From contig MQRK01173782.1 of the NCBI GenBank assembly GCA_001938485.1, positions 1-51,695 of the forward strand: 51,695 nt of DNA. The letters run 5' to 3'. Within the stretch, counting starts at the first letter, position 1, and every line of letters begins with the position of its first letter. The notes beneath the pieces are model-generated. The model had not been told where the DNA came from, ran no database searches, and saw only the letters and a list, made by a program, of their open reading frames with translations. The position numbers and the translations under genes are program-made. This document shows, in pieces, positions 1 through 50,439 of this stretch. This DNA comes from Girardia tigrina (taxonomy: Eukaryota).

Positions 1-705
1 ATATATATGCGTGTGTGTATATGTGAATATAAGTATATATGTATAAATAATTAATCAAAAAATTAAATATATAAAAAAATTTAAATAATTTAAATTTTAA
101 ATACGATTACAAAAATTAAAAATTTGAATTGAGTTATGTTCGTTTTGAACATTTAAATTGTGAGAGTCACGTGACTCGTTTTTTCTTTTTGATTAGATAC
201 ACTTGGATGAGACTGGAAAAAGGTGTTATTTTTGTTACAGAGAAAAAATATGTTGAGATCGAATTTTTTCGTCGTAGAAAAATAATAAAAATATTAAACA
301 TCGGATCGTCATTATTTATTTAANNNNNNNNNNNNNNNNNNNNNNNNNNNNNNNNNNNNNNNNNNNNNNNNNNATATATATATATATATATGCGTGTGTG
401 TATATGTGAATATAAGTATATATGTGTAAATAATTAATCAAAAAATTAAATATATAAAAAAAGTTAAATAATTTAAATTTTAAATACGATTACAAAATTA
501 AAAATTTGAATTGAGTTATGTTCGTTTTGAACATTTAAATTGTGAGAGTCACGTGACTCGTTTTTTCTTTTTCATTAGATACACTCGGATGAGACTGGAA
601 AAAGGTGTTATTTTTGTTACAGAGAAAAAATATGTTGAGATCGAATTTTTTCGTCGTAGAAAAATAATAAAAATATTAAACATCGGATCGTCATTATTTA
701 TTTAA
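1..705. repeat. Near-identical direct duplicate (1-323 vs about 383-705) on either side of a 50-N gap; probably unmerged haplotypes or a contig overlap
   Basis: The two copies differ by a few substitutions or 1-nt indels, flank an N run, and both start at a (TA)n tract. Confidence 0.85.
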
Positions 706-1189
706 ACTTAGTAAATTTGGAATCTCTTTATTCCATTCCTGTACATGATGAATTTCAACATGATGATAATTTCAACTTTATCAAAATTCGAAGAAATCAG
801 ACAATTCCAATCTGTCGTCCAGTGTGAAACACGACATCAGGTCGTCGAATACCTCATTCACGAATAACGACAACTCGAAATCGCCTTCGTCGTCGTTTTC
901 AGGACAGAGTCGATTGAACAGTTCTCGGTGATCAATGATTCGAAAGCTCTTCAACTCAATATCAGTGGTTATTCGACCAATTGAATCCAACAGTACAACG
1001 ACAATGCATGCTGTTCTCCATCGACAAATATCAATTGTGATGATTACAACAGTGATCTCCCCAATCAGTGAATGTGTAGTGCTTTTGATGGTTTGCGTGA
1101 TCCTATGCCATCATGAACAATTTGATTATAATTGTGCCGCTTGCTATCGATTGTTTGCGCCCTTCAGGGATGAGTGATTTGTGTTTTCT

Positions 1190-1291
1190 ATGGGCCCACC
1201 ATTAAAAATCATAACTACCCAAATCTCAATCGCCACGTATCTCATATGTCACCATCCGATCGTCGGGGCAACCTTAGAGTCGGACGGAACA
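1190..1291 (+). repeat. Repeat family 1 module, copy 1 (TGGGCCCA box ... GCAA hairpin + ACA)
   Basis: CCATCCGATCGTCGGG-GCAA-CCTTAGAGTCGGACGGAACA matches the reverse complement of 6763-6803 and 34367-34407. Confidence 0.8.
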
Positions 1292-4200
1292 TTTTAATTT
1301 AAATATGAGAAAAAGAAAACAAACTAAAAGTATCATTAAAGAAATTGAATAATGGAAAAATAATAAAAGCCAAATTGTTAAATGTACGGTATACGAGTAC
1401 CTTCTTCTAATTATTATTTTTATTATAAAGTTTTAGTAAGATTCCATTGGATTCACAATTTATGAAATTAAAAATTATTATTTTAAAAAAAACGAGTAGG
1501 ATTTTTTTTACTTTATTACGAATTCTTTTATGTATCAATTAGTAAACATTGTAAGCAAGATCAAAGATAATATTTTAATATCCTTTTAATAATAATAATA
1601 TAAAGGATAATAATAATATCCTTTTACCATATTGTGACAAAGCTTTATTGTGATAGTTCTAAGATATTCTTAAAGATTTACTTAATTCAAATGATAAACT
1701 TTTAAAGTATTTTATTCATTTAATTTGACAAATATAAAAAAATAAAAGCTAACTTCTTTATTACTTATTTTCTTCTAAACTAAAAAACGTTTTTGTTAAT
1801 GAATACATCACTACAGAAATAAAAGCATAATGCGATCAAAGTCTAAAGATTCTCGCAGTTACAAAATTTTTTTTGTAATAGGATTTAGAAAAATAGATGA
1901 TTTAATGATGCGAATGTTGGCTCCGTTATTTTAGTAGCATAATCTTCGGGTTCCTTTTTACAATTATTTAGGACGTTAACTTTAGAATTGAGGGATCTAA
2001 TATATAATCTTTCACATGCCATTCCACCTTATTTTCTTAAATTAAAGACACTACATATGTTTAACACATATTCATATTTAAATGTTTTTATATCCAGCCA
2101 TAATACTACCACCTTAAATTTGTGTTCTTTTCTTTCTTTCTCTCTCCATCTCCTTTTAATAAATATTTTTTAATGAATTATTTGCAAACTTAATAAAAAA
2201 TATATAATTTAATTGCCTTGAAAACTTTTTATTTGATAGTTTGTCGCTATTTTACAAAATATATTACATTAACATATAATGTCTGTAGAATAATTGTCAT
2301 ACATACCTTTCTACACATGGTAGGTTAGCGTAAAGAATGTACTATTTTTTGTTTTCTAACACAAAATAAAAATCCTTTTCCTTAGACTTTGACTAATAAT
2401 TTTCTCGACAACTTTTAAAGGATCTACAGCATTAATAAAAACACGCAATTATATTATATTATAGTATATTAAATTACATACATTATTTACAAAAGATGAG
2501 AAATAATTTATAATTTCTGACAGATTTTTTTTAAATCATCAATGTTAATTGTGATTTTATTCTTTATCAATAATATTATACAGCTATGTCATTGGAAATT
2601 AATGAATAATAAATATTTGTTTCCTTGTAATATATGAAAAACTAAACATATATAAATTTAGTTGCTTATATTTTGCTGTCTTTTATTTTTTTTATAGTTC
2701 AGGAAAAAATAAAACCTTTGCTATCCAAAACTAATCGTTACCTTTATCATTAATGTCGAATATCAATTAATAAAATGAATTTGTCCTGAAATTGTAAAAA
2801 GAGATTTAGATTTTGTTTATATTTGGAAATAATTTTTATTTTGTTTGTAAAAATAATATTATATCAATTATCTGTTAATCGTATAATATTCATCATTTAA
2901 AATTCTTGTAACATGATATTGAATTATAATATNNNNNNNNNNNNNNNNNNNNNNNNNNNNNNNNNNNNNNNNNNNNNNNNNNNNNNNNNNNNNNNNNNNN
3001 NNNNNNNNNNNNNNNNNNNNNNNNNNNNNNNNNNNNNNNNNNNNNNNNNNNNNNNNNNNNNNNNNNNNNNNNNNNNNNNNNNNNNNNNNNNNNNNNNNNN
3101 NNNNNNNNNNNNNNNNNNNNNNNNNNNNNNNNNNNNNNNNNNNNNNNNNNNNTGTTCAGGTAATTTATTTAAAATTAAAGTAAATCAAATCGATTGATTA
3201 AACCTATTAATTTAATATACAAATAATAAGGGTACATTCTATAATGACCTCTTTTTCTTTTACTACTTTAAAATGATTTAAAATTATTTTTAAGACAAAT
3301 GAATATCAAAATGAAATTTCTTTTTTGTTTGAATTATTTGATATTATTTGTTTATAGAATAAACAATTAATTATCTACTTGAAAGTTTATTTATATTTAT
3401 TTTTAATATGAAAGAATAATGTTCTAATTAATTATAATAATTTATCTTCAAAGATTAAGTTCAATTACATTTGATAAAATCAAATGAAATATTTTTTTGA
3501 GTTTTTTAGAAATAATCTTTCATAATGTTAATATAATCTTTTATATGATTTAAATTATGATTTATAAAAATAAGGTTCAAGAGGAATTTGACTAAACATG
3601 AAAAGTAAAAAACATATTCGTCTTTAATCTTGATGAAAAGTATTTCTTTCATAAATCTTATAATATTCCTTTATATCATCTTCCAAAATAAAAATCTATT
3701 TTAGTTTTATTTAAAAATATAGTTTTTATTTTCAATATAATACAAATATAATATAATTCTTCTTTATTTTCATTCTAATTTCTGTTATCATTTAACGGAT
3801 ATTTTAATATGTTATAATTCTTTTAATTTCACTAAAACATCCTTATTTATATTTATTTTTTATTACGTGTTCCAATAAATTTTAATTTACTTAATTTATA
3901 ATAATTTGTTTTATTTTATATCAACTTTTATAAAAATCTTTCTTAATATCGTTTTTATAATATAATATTTTCAAATATTTTTTTTCAAAAATTTGCTTAA
4001 AATTTAACAATTTGTCTATTACTTTTTTTCAATTTATATTAGTTCCCACAATTGTTTCGTATAAAAATTTTATTAAAAAAATTATTTTATATTATTATGG
4101 GGCAAAAAGAACTCAGTAGTTAAGCACTAACTGATGAAATTTGTGCAATGGAAATTTTAGAGATCTCTAATAAGTCTATACAGCATAAATCAAACTATTT

Positions 4201-4847
4201 AATTAATATGACGCAATCTGAAGGACAAGAATCGTTTTCAATGACCCCAAAATGGTGAGCGATGAGAGTCTGCAAGTTTAACTTCATATGAACATGATTA
4301 ATTTTGGAGATATTACCCAACTTTGAAATTATTTCAATTTATCATGTAATACAAGTTTATCTCTATTCTAAACAGGTGACAATATTCGGAATTTAAATTT
4401 AAATTCATTTGTATTATATTTCGATTATTATATTATTATTTATATTTGAATTTCAATTCCTTCCCCTGTAAAATCGAATTCAATTATAATTGACATTTTC
4501 CAAATGATCTGATCTTTGTATTACCTTATGTTGGTATATATTTTGATATGTCAGATATAAATAAATAACATAATTGAAAAAGAAAATTAACTTAAATAAA
4601 TAAAATAATTAAAATTTTTAGAGGAGATTTCAAAAACCCGAACAAAGACGTCTTGATTTTTGTAATTTCACTGAATTTCTGTAATGATAAAGTTTTTATA
4701 TTTTTTACGATTTAAATTTGTGATTAAACAATATATTTTGTTTTTGAATCGAAACGTTATCTTTAAAAAGACTTATTTTCACTTTTAAATATAAAATGAT
4801 TTGTCAAAACGAACTCAATATAAAATGAGCCCAGTACATATTTTGAA

Positions 4848-5495
4848 ATGGCAGCAATAGGTGCATTTCAAGAAAAATTTCCTGATGCTCGTACTTTAGG
4901 CTGCTATTTCCATCTTGCCAAAAGCGTAATACGAAAGGTATATGAGGTTAGACTGAAAGTGGAATTTGAAATTAAGAAAGATGTTCGTTGTCTTGCCACC
5001 CTATCTCATGTACCAGTACAAGATGTTATAGAGGCCTTCGAACTGTTATCAGACTCGATGCCAGCAATAATTAACATTGACCAGGTACTGACATACTTTG
5101 AGCACTCTTACATCCGAGGACGTCACATGCGTGGTCGCAGAGAAAATTACAAACCTACCTTATTTGCAATTGAAACTTGGAATCAAATGCAGACGATAGG
5201 CGATGGTGTAGCACAAACGAACAATATTTGCGAAGAATGGCTTAACAGTTTACAGTTGCTGCTACAATGTAGTCAACCAACACTGTGCCGTTTCCTTGAC
5301 GGTCTGCTTAATGACTGCACGAAGCAAAAAATAAATTTCCTGCACGATGTCGCTGGAGCAAATTATCCAGCTGAGAAGCGATACAAAATCATGTATGAAA
5401 AAGTAAAATGTACTGTTGAGATAAATGGTCAAACAGATACATCAAACATATATCAAACATTTTTGCGTGCTATTGCACATCTGTCATTTAGTTAA
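4848..5495 (+). mobile_element. Mutator-like (MULE) transposase, 5'-truncated remnant
   Basis: FE.AAIGAFQEKFP...GCYFHL (CxFH motif), YFEHSYI, ETWN and TNNICE are typical of animal MULE transposases. The N-terminal half is absent. Confidence 0.9.
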
Positions 5496-5686
5496 CCCTA
5501 AAACTGTTATTCCATTAACTACAATATTTGCATTACATTAATTTTCAAAACACATAAAGCTTTTCATACTTAGCATAATGAAATCCAGAATCTGGATAGA
5601 ATAATAAATGTATCTAAAAAAATGAAAATATATTTTGAAAAATATTTTTAAATGATAGTAATAGCGAATTAATATTTTTTATATAG

Positions 5687-42066
<36,380 letters not shown>

Positions 42067-42722
42067 TAAAATATTTAATATTAAATTATATCAGACTATT
42101 TAATATTTTAAAAAGTATAATACGCTTTAAATCTTTTAACTATTAAAAATTAATATAAAATTTGTCGATTTTATTAAAAGTTAAATTAATGTGTTCAGAT
42201 TAAAAGTTATTACAGGCAAAAACAGGTTTTCTAAGGGTTATTTTGGGTGTACAATGTACACCCAACTTTTGTAGATCCACACCAAAAAATTTGGCTATTG
42301 TCATTCCACCAACTTTCTCTCCCTCACGTACATACAAGTTCCTACACAAGTTCATTTATAAATGTATACTTATTTAATAAGTTTAAGACATTATTTTGTT
42401 CTTAAACCTTTAAATCCAATGTGCATGTGTGATGTAACAATTTTTGAGTAAAAATAAATATGTTATACTGTACATCCACATTTTCTTATAAAACACCCAT
42501 CTGGAAACCTTAAAAAACTTGTGCAGAAGGATAATTTGCTGAGGAGATATTTGCTGATGAATATTTCCTAAATATTTCATTTCATTAAACATTTTTAAAT
42601 TACAAAACCCCTAGATTTAGAGTTTGACTACTCGAGGAAAACACAAACAAGCATGGCAAAAGTCGAATTTTAATAATAACCTTATTAATAAATATTTATT
42701 TTGAAAATGTAGATATCAAATA

Positions 42723-43764
42723 CTTAGGCTGTCCCAAAAGTCCTCAGGTGGCCTTTAAAAACACCCTAATATTTTACCAAATTTGGACTGAATATTATTC
42801 AGACTGTCATAAATACTGTGTTTAAATTTCAAAGCATAAAATTTGAAACTTACCAAAAAAATAATATTATTAACCAACAAAAAAATTAGATGCAGCGAAT
42901 TTAAAAATTTATTTAAGAAAATATTTTGAAAATTTCTTCAGCAACAACATATTCACCATTGTTGTCAATAACCAACTGACAATAGTTAAAACGTTTATCT
43001 AGTTGATGTTTTAATGTTTCTGTTGATAAAGAATTAAAAAAGAATTTACAAGCTTCTTCAATTTCTTCATGTGATTTGAAAACATGATTTTTAAAACTTT
43101 TCTTCATTTTTGAAAACAAGAATCTGNCACACAGATTAAAATCTGGACTATAGGGCGATTGATAATTTTTTTCAATTTTTCTTCTTTCAAAAAAAACAGT
43201 TGTTTCTTTGCTAGAATGAGGTCTTGCATTATCATGCCACCACTTAAGTTCCTTTAGCTTGATGCTGTTAGATCTAAGTTTCCGCCAATTTTCACCGGTG
43301 TCATGAACAAAGTTCANNNNNNNNNNNNNNNNNNNNNNNNNNNNNNNNNNNNNNNNNNNNNNNNNNNNNNNNNNNNTTACGAAAACAAGAGATTTTTTAT
43401 CAGTCATTGGCGATGGCTTTATCACTTTTGGTGGAACAGCATTAGAAGGAATCCAAACTTTGTGATCTTTCTTTCCTCTACCTTGGAAAAAGACCTATGT
43501 CTCATCCTCAATCGCTACGTTGGAATATGCTTCATCACCCATCTGTGAAATTACATGGCATATATGCTTCGTAGTGTTAATGCGTTGTTGTTTATTAGCA
43601 GCAGAAAGTTCGTGAGGGTTCCAAACAGAGCAAACTTTTTTGTAATGAAGTTTTTCACGCAAATCGCTTGATAAAACAACCAGTTTGATATGAAACCCGA
43701 AATCGTAATTTAGAATCAATTGCGATTGATTCAATGTCGAACTCCAGAAATCAGCGCTGTCCAT
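42723..43764 (-). mobile_element. mariner (DD34D) transposase remnant with right terminus
   Basis: WNPHEL, EDET, HDNARPH and YSPDFNLC(D) with 34 residues between D2 and D3 (the third codon is GNC). Terminus TA|CTTAGGCTGTCCCAAAAGT. Confidence 0.92.
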
Positions 43765-45419
43765 TTTATTTAAAAATCTTCTTTCAAATGGAACTCCAAT
43801 CTACAAAGCAACCTACAATGTTCCCTTCAGAATAAATTTCAGTCGATCTCCGTGGTCTCAATATATTTTTACCCCAGAATCAATGGTTTTTAAAAGAGAA
43901 TTTTTTATTCTAATATTTTTCTTTTTCGTTTGCTATTTTATAACATTACTTGAGAACATACAATATTATTTTATTTAAATTTAATAAAGGATAGACAGAA
44001 AGTAAAATAATAGAAAGAAGAATGAATTTTCTTTCTGTAAACCACGGGAATCGTAACACCCATTAGTTAATTGGAACATTTAAGTATTTCGCAAGAAACT
44101 ATAATTAATTACAGGGATCTTTTGAGTATCATTAAAAAAGCATTTAAAATAATTTGTGTAACTTATTAAATTTAATTATTTATTGCTCATTTTATTAACA
44201 TCTCTATAAATAAGATTTCATTAAAAATTAAGTCTTGCTGCTTTATTATTACATCAAAGGATGAAAATATAATTTATCATTATTTTTTGGTGGATTAAAA
44301 TATTAGATTGAATGAAGGAATAACATAAAACATAAGAATAATTATTTTGTCGAAACAAAATATTGAGTCTTGTGAATAAACGTTCGATTATTCTACGGAG
44401 TTTAGAATTGGTTTATAAACAAAACAGCAAATGTTACCATATTGATAACCTTTTAATATTTATTTTTTATAGTTTAATACTTTAAAATCAAATATAAAAT
44501 CAACTATTTTAATAATTAGACAGCCCATAAAGTAGTAAATAATAAATTTTGTCCAGATTTTGAACACTTTTGAATCAACATTTGAGATACTTATAACCGT
44601 TTTTGGGATTGCAACAGGACTGTCTTCATAACATCCCGATCTCACTAGCCTTACAGTATGATATAGGCACCCGGAGAATTTTTTCAAGGGGGGGGGCAAA
44701 ATAAAAACTTTTCTTTATTTCAAATAATTGGATGTTTATTGGTTCGAGTACTTTATAAGTTTTTAAATCAAGTGAAGCATAATTCATTGCAGGTAATTGC
44801 AAAGAAAATTCAGGAGCAGCAACAAATACTTTATAATTAATTATCAATGGTGCCTTCCTCAAAATTCTTAATAGACTCTCAGATAACAGAGAAGTGTTTC
44901 CCATAAAATTATAAAGCAATCTCAGAACATTTCATCGTAGAGATAGATAATAGACACATGTGTTTTATGAATGAAATCAAGTGATTCACTAAAATGTAAA
45001 ATTTAAAAATAATTTCACACAAGTGGTTAATGTAATGTAAAACACAGGTAATGTGGGAAGATCTTGTAAAAATATATTCCTATCATCCACTGTCTTATTT
45101 GTTGAAGGGTAAGAATCTGTCAAAACTTGAACAATACTGCCATCAAAAACATCTATTCTTCAGTTCTTTCATGAAAATTGAGAGCTTATAAGAGACATAT
45201 ATCTTACATTTATGCATGTGAGTAAAGGTAATGCTAATATGTGTAAACAAAATAGAAGTGGTCTGGAAGATATTCCCAGCAATAACAATGAAAGCATTTA
45301 TACATATATTAAAGCAGTCTCAAAATTCAAACATATTTCTATATCTTCAGTATACTTTATATATACTTGTATTTTGTTAATGCTTAATACCTCTCATCAT
45401 TTTCAATGTTGCATTGCGA

Positions 45420-45880
45420 TCGTTGGATAATAGTTTTTGCACTTTTCGAATCGAATCGGTTGATCAAATTGTTTTTGGCCTTCCTACAGGTCCATCGTCT
45501 TCCAGTTATTATTTGCTTTAAAAAATCTTTTGTGTCATTTAAAAGTCTTTGACCGTGATAAACACTCACTTACAGACAATTAATTAAAATATTTAAAATT
45601 AAACATTTTTGCAACATTTTGAACGTTTCTGTGGCATTTATATCAAGTTTAGCGTCAAATTTAATAACAGCACGTTGTTCTATTAATGTTTTCTTGCATA
45701 TAATAACTTAAACTGATAAATAGAATAAATTTCAATATTTTTATACAACGTTTAAGTTATTTTCAAATATACATGAGTAATTGTATGTCCAAACTTCATA
45801 ATAACATAATATGTCAACAGATGTCGCTATTGGTTGCTGAATTTCATAGCCGCACTGTTTATGTCTTGGTCTACTAATAC
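45420..45880 (-). mobile_element. mariner transposase N-terminal (HTH) remnant
   Basis: EQRAVIKFDAKLDINATETFKMLQK...CLSRSKTFK*HKRF...GRPKT. Confidence 0.8.
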
Positions 45881-47167
45881 AATCTAGTAATTATACATGT
45901 GATGAACAGGTTCACTCTTAAAAGTTTTGAAATAATTAATTTTTATAAATAATTTCTAAAATAAGAAATATCTAAAATCAAAAGTTTTTCTAAAGAATTA
46001 TAATTAAAAATATCTTTAATTAATTTTAAAAAGTTATTTTCAAGAATAATTTATTTTTATTTACTAAAATTTTAGTTGGAATGAATTGTTAAATCATTGA
46101 TTTAAAAAACATATATAAGCCGAGGAAAATTATATGTTTTACATTAATTTTAAAAGTTATTTTCAAACAATAAATTAATGAATTTTTGATAGAAATGTAG
46201 TTTTTAAAAACAGATAATTTTTAAAGATTAAAGTTGTTAAAAATTTTGTAACTTAATAATTTGATAAATAATTAAATTTTTAAACAGCTTCTTAAAAATA
46301 AAACGACCATAAAAAATTAATAACAAATTTTAGAGTTTGACAATAAATTTAAATATTGTAAATTATTTTTTTTGTATTTAAAGGATATAAATATTAACTG
46401 GGTTTTAAATTAAATATTGAATTAAAAAATAATTAAATTGATAGAAATCGCCTAAATTAGCTAAAATATGTTTTAAAAGGATTTACATTAAAAAATTAAG
46501 TTGTGTAGATTTTATATTGTATTTTAAAGACATTTTATAAAATATTAAAAATTTAATGCAACCAAAAAAATAATGAATCCCATTTTAAATTCACGTTTTA
46601 ATAAATAACTTATCAGTATTTTAATCCAGTATTTTTATGTATAATTAATCTGGTCAAAAGAAAACAAAAGCAAAACTCCTCAAGAAAAATTGTTTAAATA
46701 ATTTTTCTTGTTATAGAAATAAAATTTTGTGTTAACGAATTATAATCTTGATCAAGAACCCAACAATACATATAATGATAAATTTAAGTCCTTAGACAAC
46801 AAACATATCCGTAATAAATATGAATGTATCATTTTAAAACTAAGAAATCTCCTTTGAATATTTTTTTCCAATTACATAAATTCTGGGTCTTATTATTGAT
46901 TCATTAGAAGTATATGTATCAAGTCAAATTGTGAAGCTTTCATTATAGAAGGAATGTGAAGTTAATAATTAGACTGAACTTTAAAATTGAAGATTTATTT
47001 CTCGGTTTACCATAGTTTCTTGAAATAACAACGAGAAAAAAAGTCAATTAGATATAAAATTTTATTTTAAGGAAATTCCAACTTTAAATACTTTGTCAAA
47101 ATGCAATTGGCGTGCTTAAACTGAAAGAAATTCCACGAATAAACTCCTGCACACTGATTTCACCATC

Positions 47168-47250
47168 ATCGCTGTTATGAGATTCGCTGTTATGTAAATC
47201 GCTGTTTTGATGATTCGCTGTTTTGAGAATCGCTGTTATGAGGATATGCC
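47168..47250. repeat. Five copies of a 15-16-bp unit containing TCGCTGTTWTG; probable orphan MULE modular TIR
   Basis: Directly visible tandem array ending GATATGCC, with the same architecture as the TIR arrays of the 30232-30677 element. Confidence 0.55.
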
Positions 47251-48659
47251 TTTTAAAACAATATTAAATCCAATTTTAATTATAAGTACTTGTTTTAAAT
47301 TAATAATTTAATCTCTTAATTTTATTTTAATTATTTTTAAATAATATTTAATTCAATTTAATTAATATTTTTTAATTTAAGTTTAAATCGTTAAAAATGA
47401 TTTAAAACATTTAATTTTAAACATTTTAAAACATTTAATCCCCCATCATTCAAAATATTTAATAATCAAGTCTTTTGTAAAATTAGAAATAATATTCAAA
47501 TTTAATCTTAAATATTTAAATATCTATTGGACCAGAAAAAAGGAACGGAGGTCTTCTATTTATTATCCAGCTTCCTTGACTGATGTCTTGTAGACAGACA
47601 GTGTTAACTGTGCGTCATTGCATTAATTAACTTATATCAAATAAATGTCAGTATCATTATTTCCTATAAATTATACATTCTCGTTGATATCGTATCGAAA
47701 GATATACAATTACGTGTAACGAAATATGTTATAAAAGGAGTAATTGACACATGTTATAACTAGGAAATATAATCATATGTCAAAAGTTATATGCTCCCAT
47801 TCAATAGGAACGTATCTTTGACACTCGATTTTCTCTTTCATTGATACTCAAGTATTCGTAAGGAAATTTTAATTGTGTTCATTAATATTGTTTTGTTAAG
47901 TCAATTATAAATAAAAGTATTAAATTATTTTAAAACTTGTTGAAAGTTCATTCAAATTATGAAGTGCATTTATACATTGAATAATTTTATTCCCTTTCAT
48001 CCAAAATTCTCTTTTTAAAACGGTTTTAACTAATCATTTTAAAAAAATATTTTTTTACAAAAAACAAAATATTTAATAATAAAAAATATTTAATTAATGA
48101 AAATAATAATAATATAAATTAAAAAATAATAAATATGAAAAAAATAAACACATTAAAATAATAATGAATACGTGGTCACCGTTCTGTCCCATTTTGTTGA
48201 CGTGATTCGCTTCAATTCATTACCAATTCGACACATCACTTCCTAAAAAATTACCCTAATGTTTAAAGAATCTCGGGCTGAAGAGTTTTACAAAAAACTA
48301 GCCAAATTATTATTGCAGCCTTATATGACCGACTTTTTTAATCAATGAAAAATCTTCAACATAGGAGAGTCCAGAAACAAGTGCACCAGAAACATTGAAC
48401 GTAAAACTAAAATAAATCATGTTTGTTTGTATGTTTGATTAGGCAGATATGAAGACTGAAACTTTATAAAAAATGCTCAGCGTCTTCCGTCATCGCTTAG
48501 AAATGTATCTTTGCTCAGTAACGGTTCTCTCAAATGTAGTCCACAGTTAACTCAGACCGTTGTTGGATACTAGAGGTTAATGGATAGCCGGGGAAGGATA
48601 TCCCGAATGACAGAATCCCAGCCTACGCCCTCTCCCAGTTCATAAAATTTACTATATCT

Positions 48660-50100
48660 TTACGTCGTCAATGACGGGATTAATTTGCTCGCTCTTTTCT
48701 CTGTGGGTTAACTCAACCGGAACTGTCAATAAAGCAATGCAGTGGTTCTCAATTGAAGACCAAGTCGCTCATATTTCCAATGAAATTTTCTTATTATTTT
48801 ACGCATCATTATTATTTTCAAAGTTCCCTCTCCTGTCATAATTTAAAACCGAGTGGGATTCTCTTTTACACTTTTTGTCAATCTGCTATTGGATCTTTGG
48901 CTTGAGAATAATTGAAGCTTAGTATTTCTCCTTTTATTCAATTCACTCTCGCTTCATCCACCAGTTTTTTTAAACTATCACAATCCTCCAAATTGTGCTT
49001 TTTTTAGCATATAATTCATTCTTTTGCTCGATATATTGTTCGTTTTATTTTTCTGTTTCTATTTTAAAATTTAATTGTAGTCCTTTAACTTTATTTGTCT
49101 TTATTCTATCTTTATTTGCGTGACATAGATCCATCTGTCTTTTCCTCTAACTAATTTTTGAAACTATTGTTTTGATAGTGTTTCCGGTGCCCCCATTCTC
49201 AATGTTGCTTCCTTCGAGAATCATTTCCATAACTCCTCGACATTGCTACTATACAAACGGTCTAACTCGAATATCAACTACGCCACTAACATTTCCGTTG
49301 GAAGATTTTTCAACAGAGGTTGGAGAATAAACTCAATCCGTAATTCAGGTTCTTTGTTCCTTTCTCTAAATCGTGCTATCAAGTCTGCAAATTATTCCGA
49401 ACATTTGTCCATATCTAGCATTTCCATATTTTCGACCTCCGACTGTAGCCCCCGTTCATTGAATTTGGGCGTAACTCAAAGGCATGTAACACAAGATTCT
49501 TAATTGGAGGAAGAGCAAGTCCATTCAAATAATTTTTGAGAAGTAATAGTTTCTCTTCTTTTGGTACTTCTGATGTCTTGGTACAATGTCGGAAAGGTGC
49601 TCTCCTCTTTTTGTACAATTCGATGTTGCCACTAAACACGGGAATTACGAGCTTATTGAGATAAATAATAGTTATCTTTTCATGCACTTTGGGTTCATGA
49701 ATTCGTTTGATCTCCGTCGCATTTGATTCTCACTTAATTAACATTAAATTACTCACTTCCCAAAATTTAATTTTCACTTATTTTAGATATTCAATCTCTC
49801 AAATTTCATTCATTTTCTTAAGCTTTACTCCAAGATCTCTCAGAGATTTTAAAGTCATCACAACTTCTAAAATATTTCTTCACTTTCTATTTGGTTTTAA
49901 TTCAATTATTTCTTTGATTTCAAGTAGTTCTAGTATGTGTTAGTCGACCTTTTCACATAACCACAGCAATAGTTATCCTCATTGACGTCAATCACGGATT
50001 TCCTGGTCTTTTTGTTTTGTTTCAACCACAAATTCTATTCCAATATCTAACATAATGCAACGACTTTCTGACGGAGATTGTTGACGTGTCATTCGGATCT
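48660..50100 (-). mobile_element. Degenerate BEL/Pao LTR retrotransposon gag (DUF1759-like) to protease start
   Basis: KLVIPVFSGNIELY...F.HC...KEEKLLLLKNYLNGLA, and downstream ALLTVPVEL...INPVIDD. Confidence 0.7.
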
Positions 50101-50439
50101 TGTGTGCTGGCGCAAGTCAGCGCATTCTTTTGGACGGTGAATGCAAGTCGTCGTTTTTTAACGTTATCAATCAGCACTCGATATTCTCCAAAACAAATTA
50201 TTTTTGACGAATTTCTGTTAACTATTTACTTATTTTTACGATTTACAAAACTTCAACAAAACTGATACACTAAACCAAATTTATTTAAAAAGAGTATTAC
50301 GTGTACTTGTATCTAATTTATACAAGTGTGCCTCAAAAGAGATGGAATAATATATTCTATCTTTTGGTGTTATTGATATCAAACCAGCAACCTCAGATGC
50401 AATTTGACTTAACCAAACTAGAAGAACTTATTTGAGAAC

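Noticed and set aside
129-705. Two near-identical 64-aa ORFs
   Set aside because: They start at TTG in a eukaryote and arise from the gap-flanking duplicate; no coding motif.
1252-1294. Hairpin + ACA as an H/ACA snoRNA
   Set aside because: The best-preserved copy has no pseudouridylation pocket, no clear H box or first hairpin was found, and most copies are antisense to the host intron.
4161-4254. Candidate upstream cyclase exon (ttttag|...|gtgagc)
   Set aside because: Its only open frame ends in phase 2 with TG. Joining to the 5692 acceptor creates TGA and the other acceptors are out of phase. It has no receptor-cyclase motif.
47935-47985. LKVH reading as the next cyclase exon (expected xLKIHxS)
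   Set aside because: There is no AG acceptor in the required phase, and the frame stops without the RG...KGKG motif.
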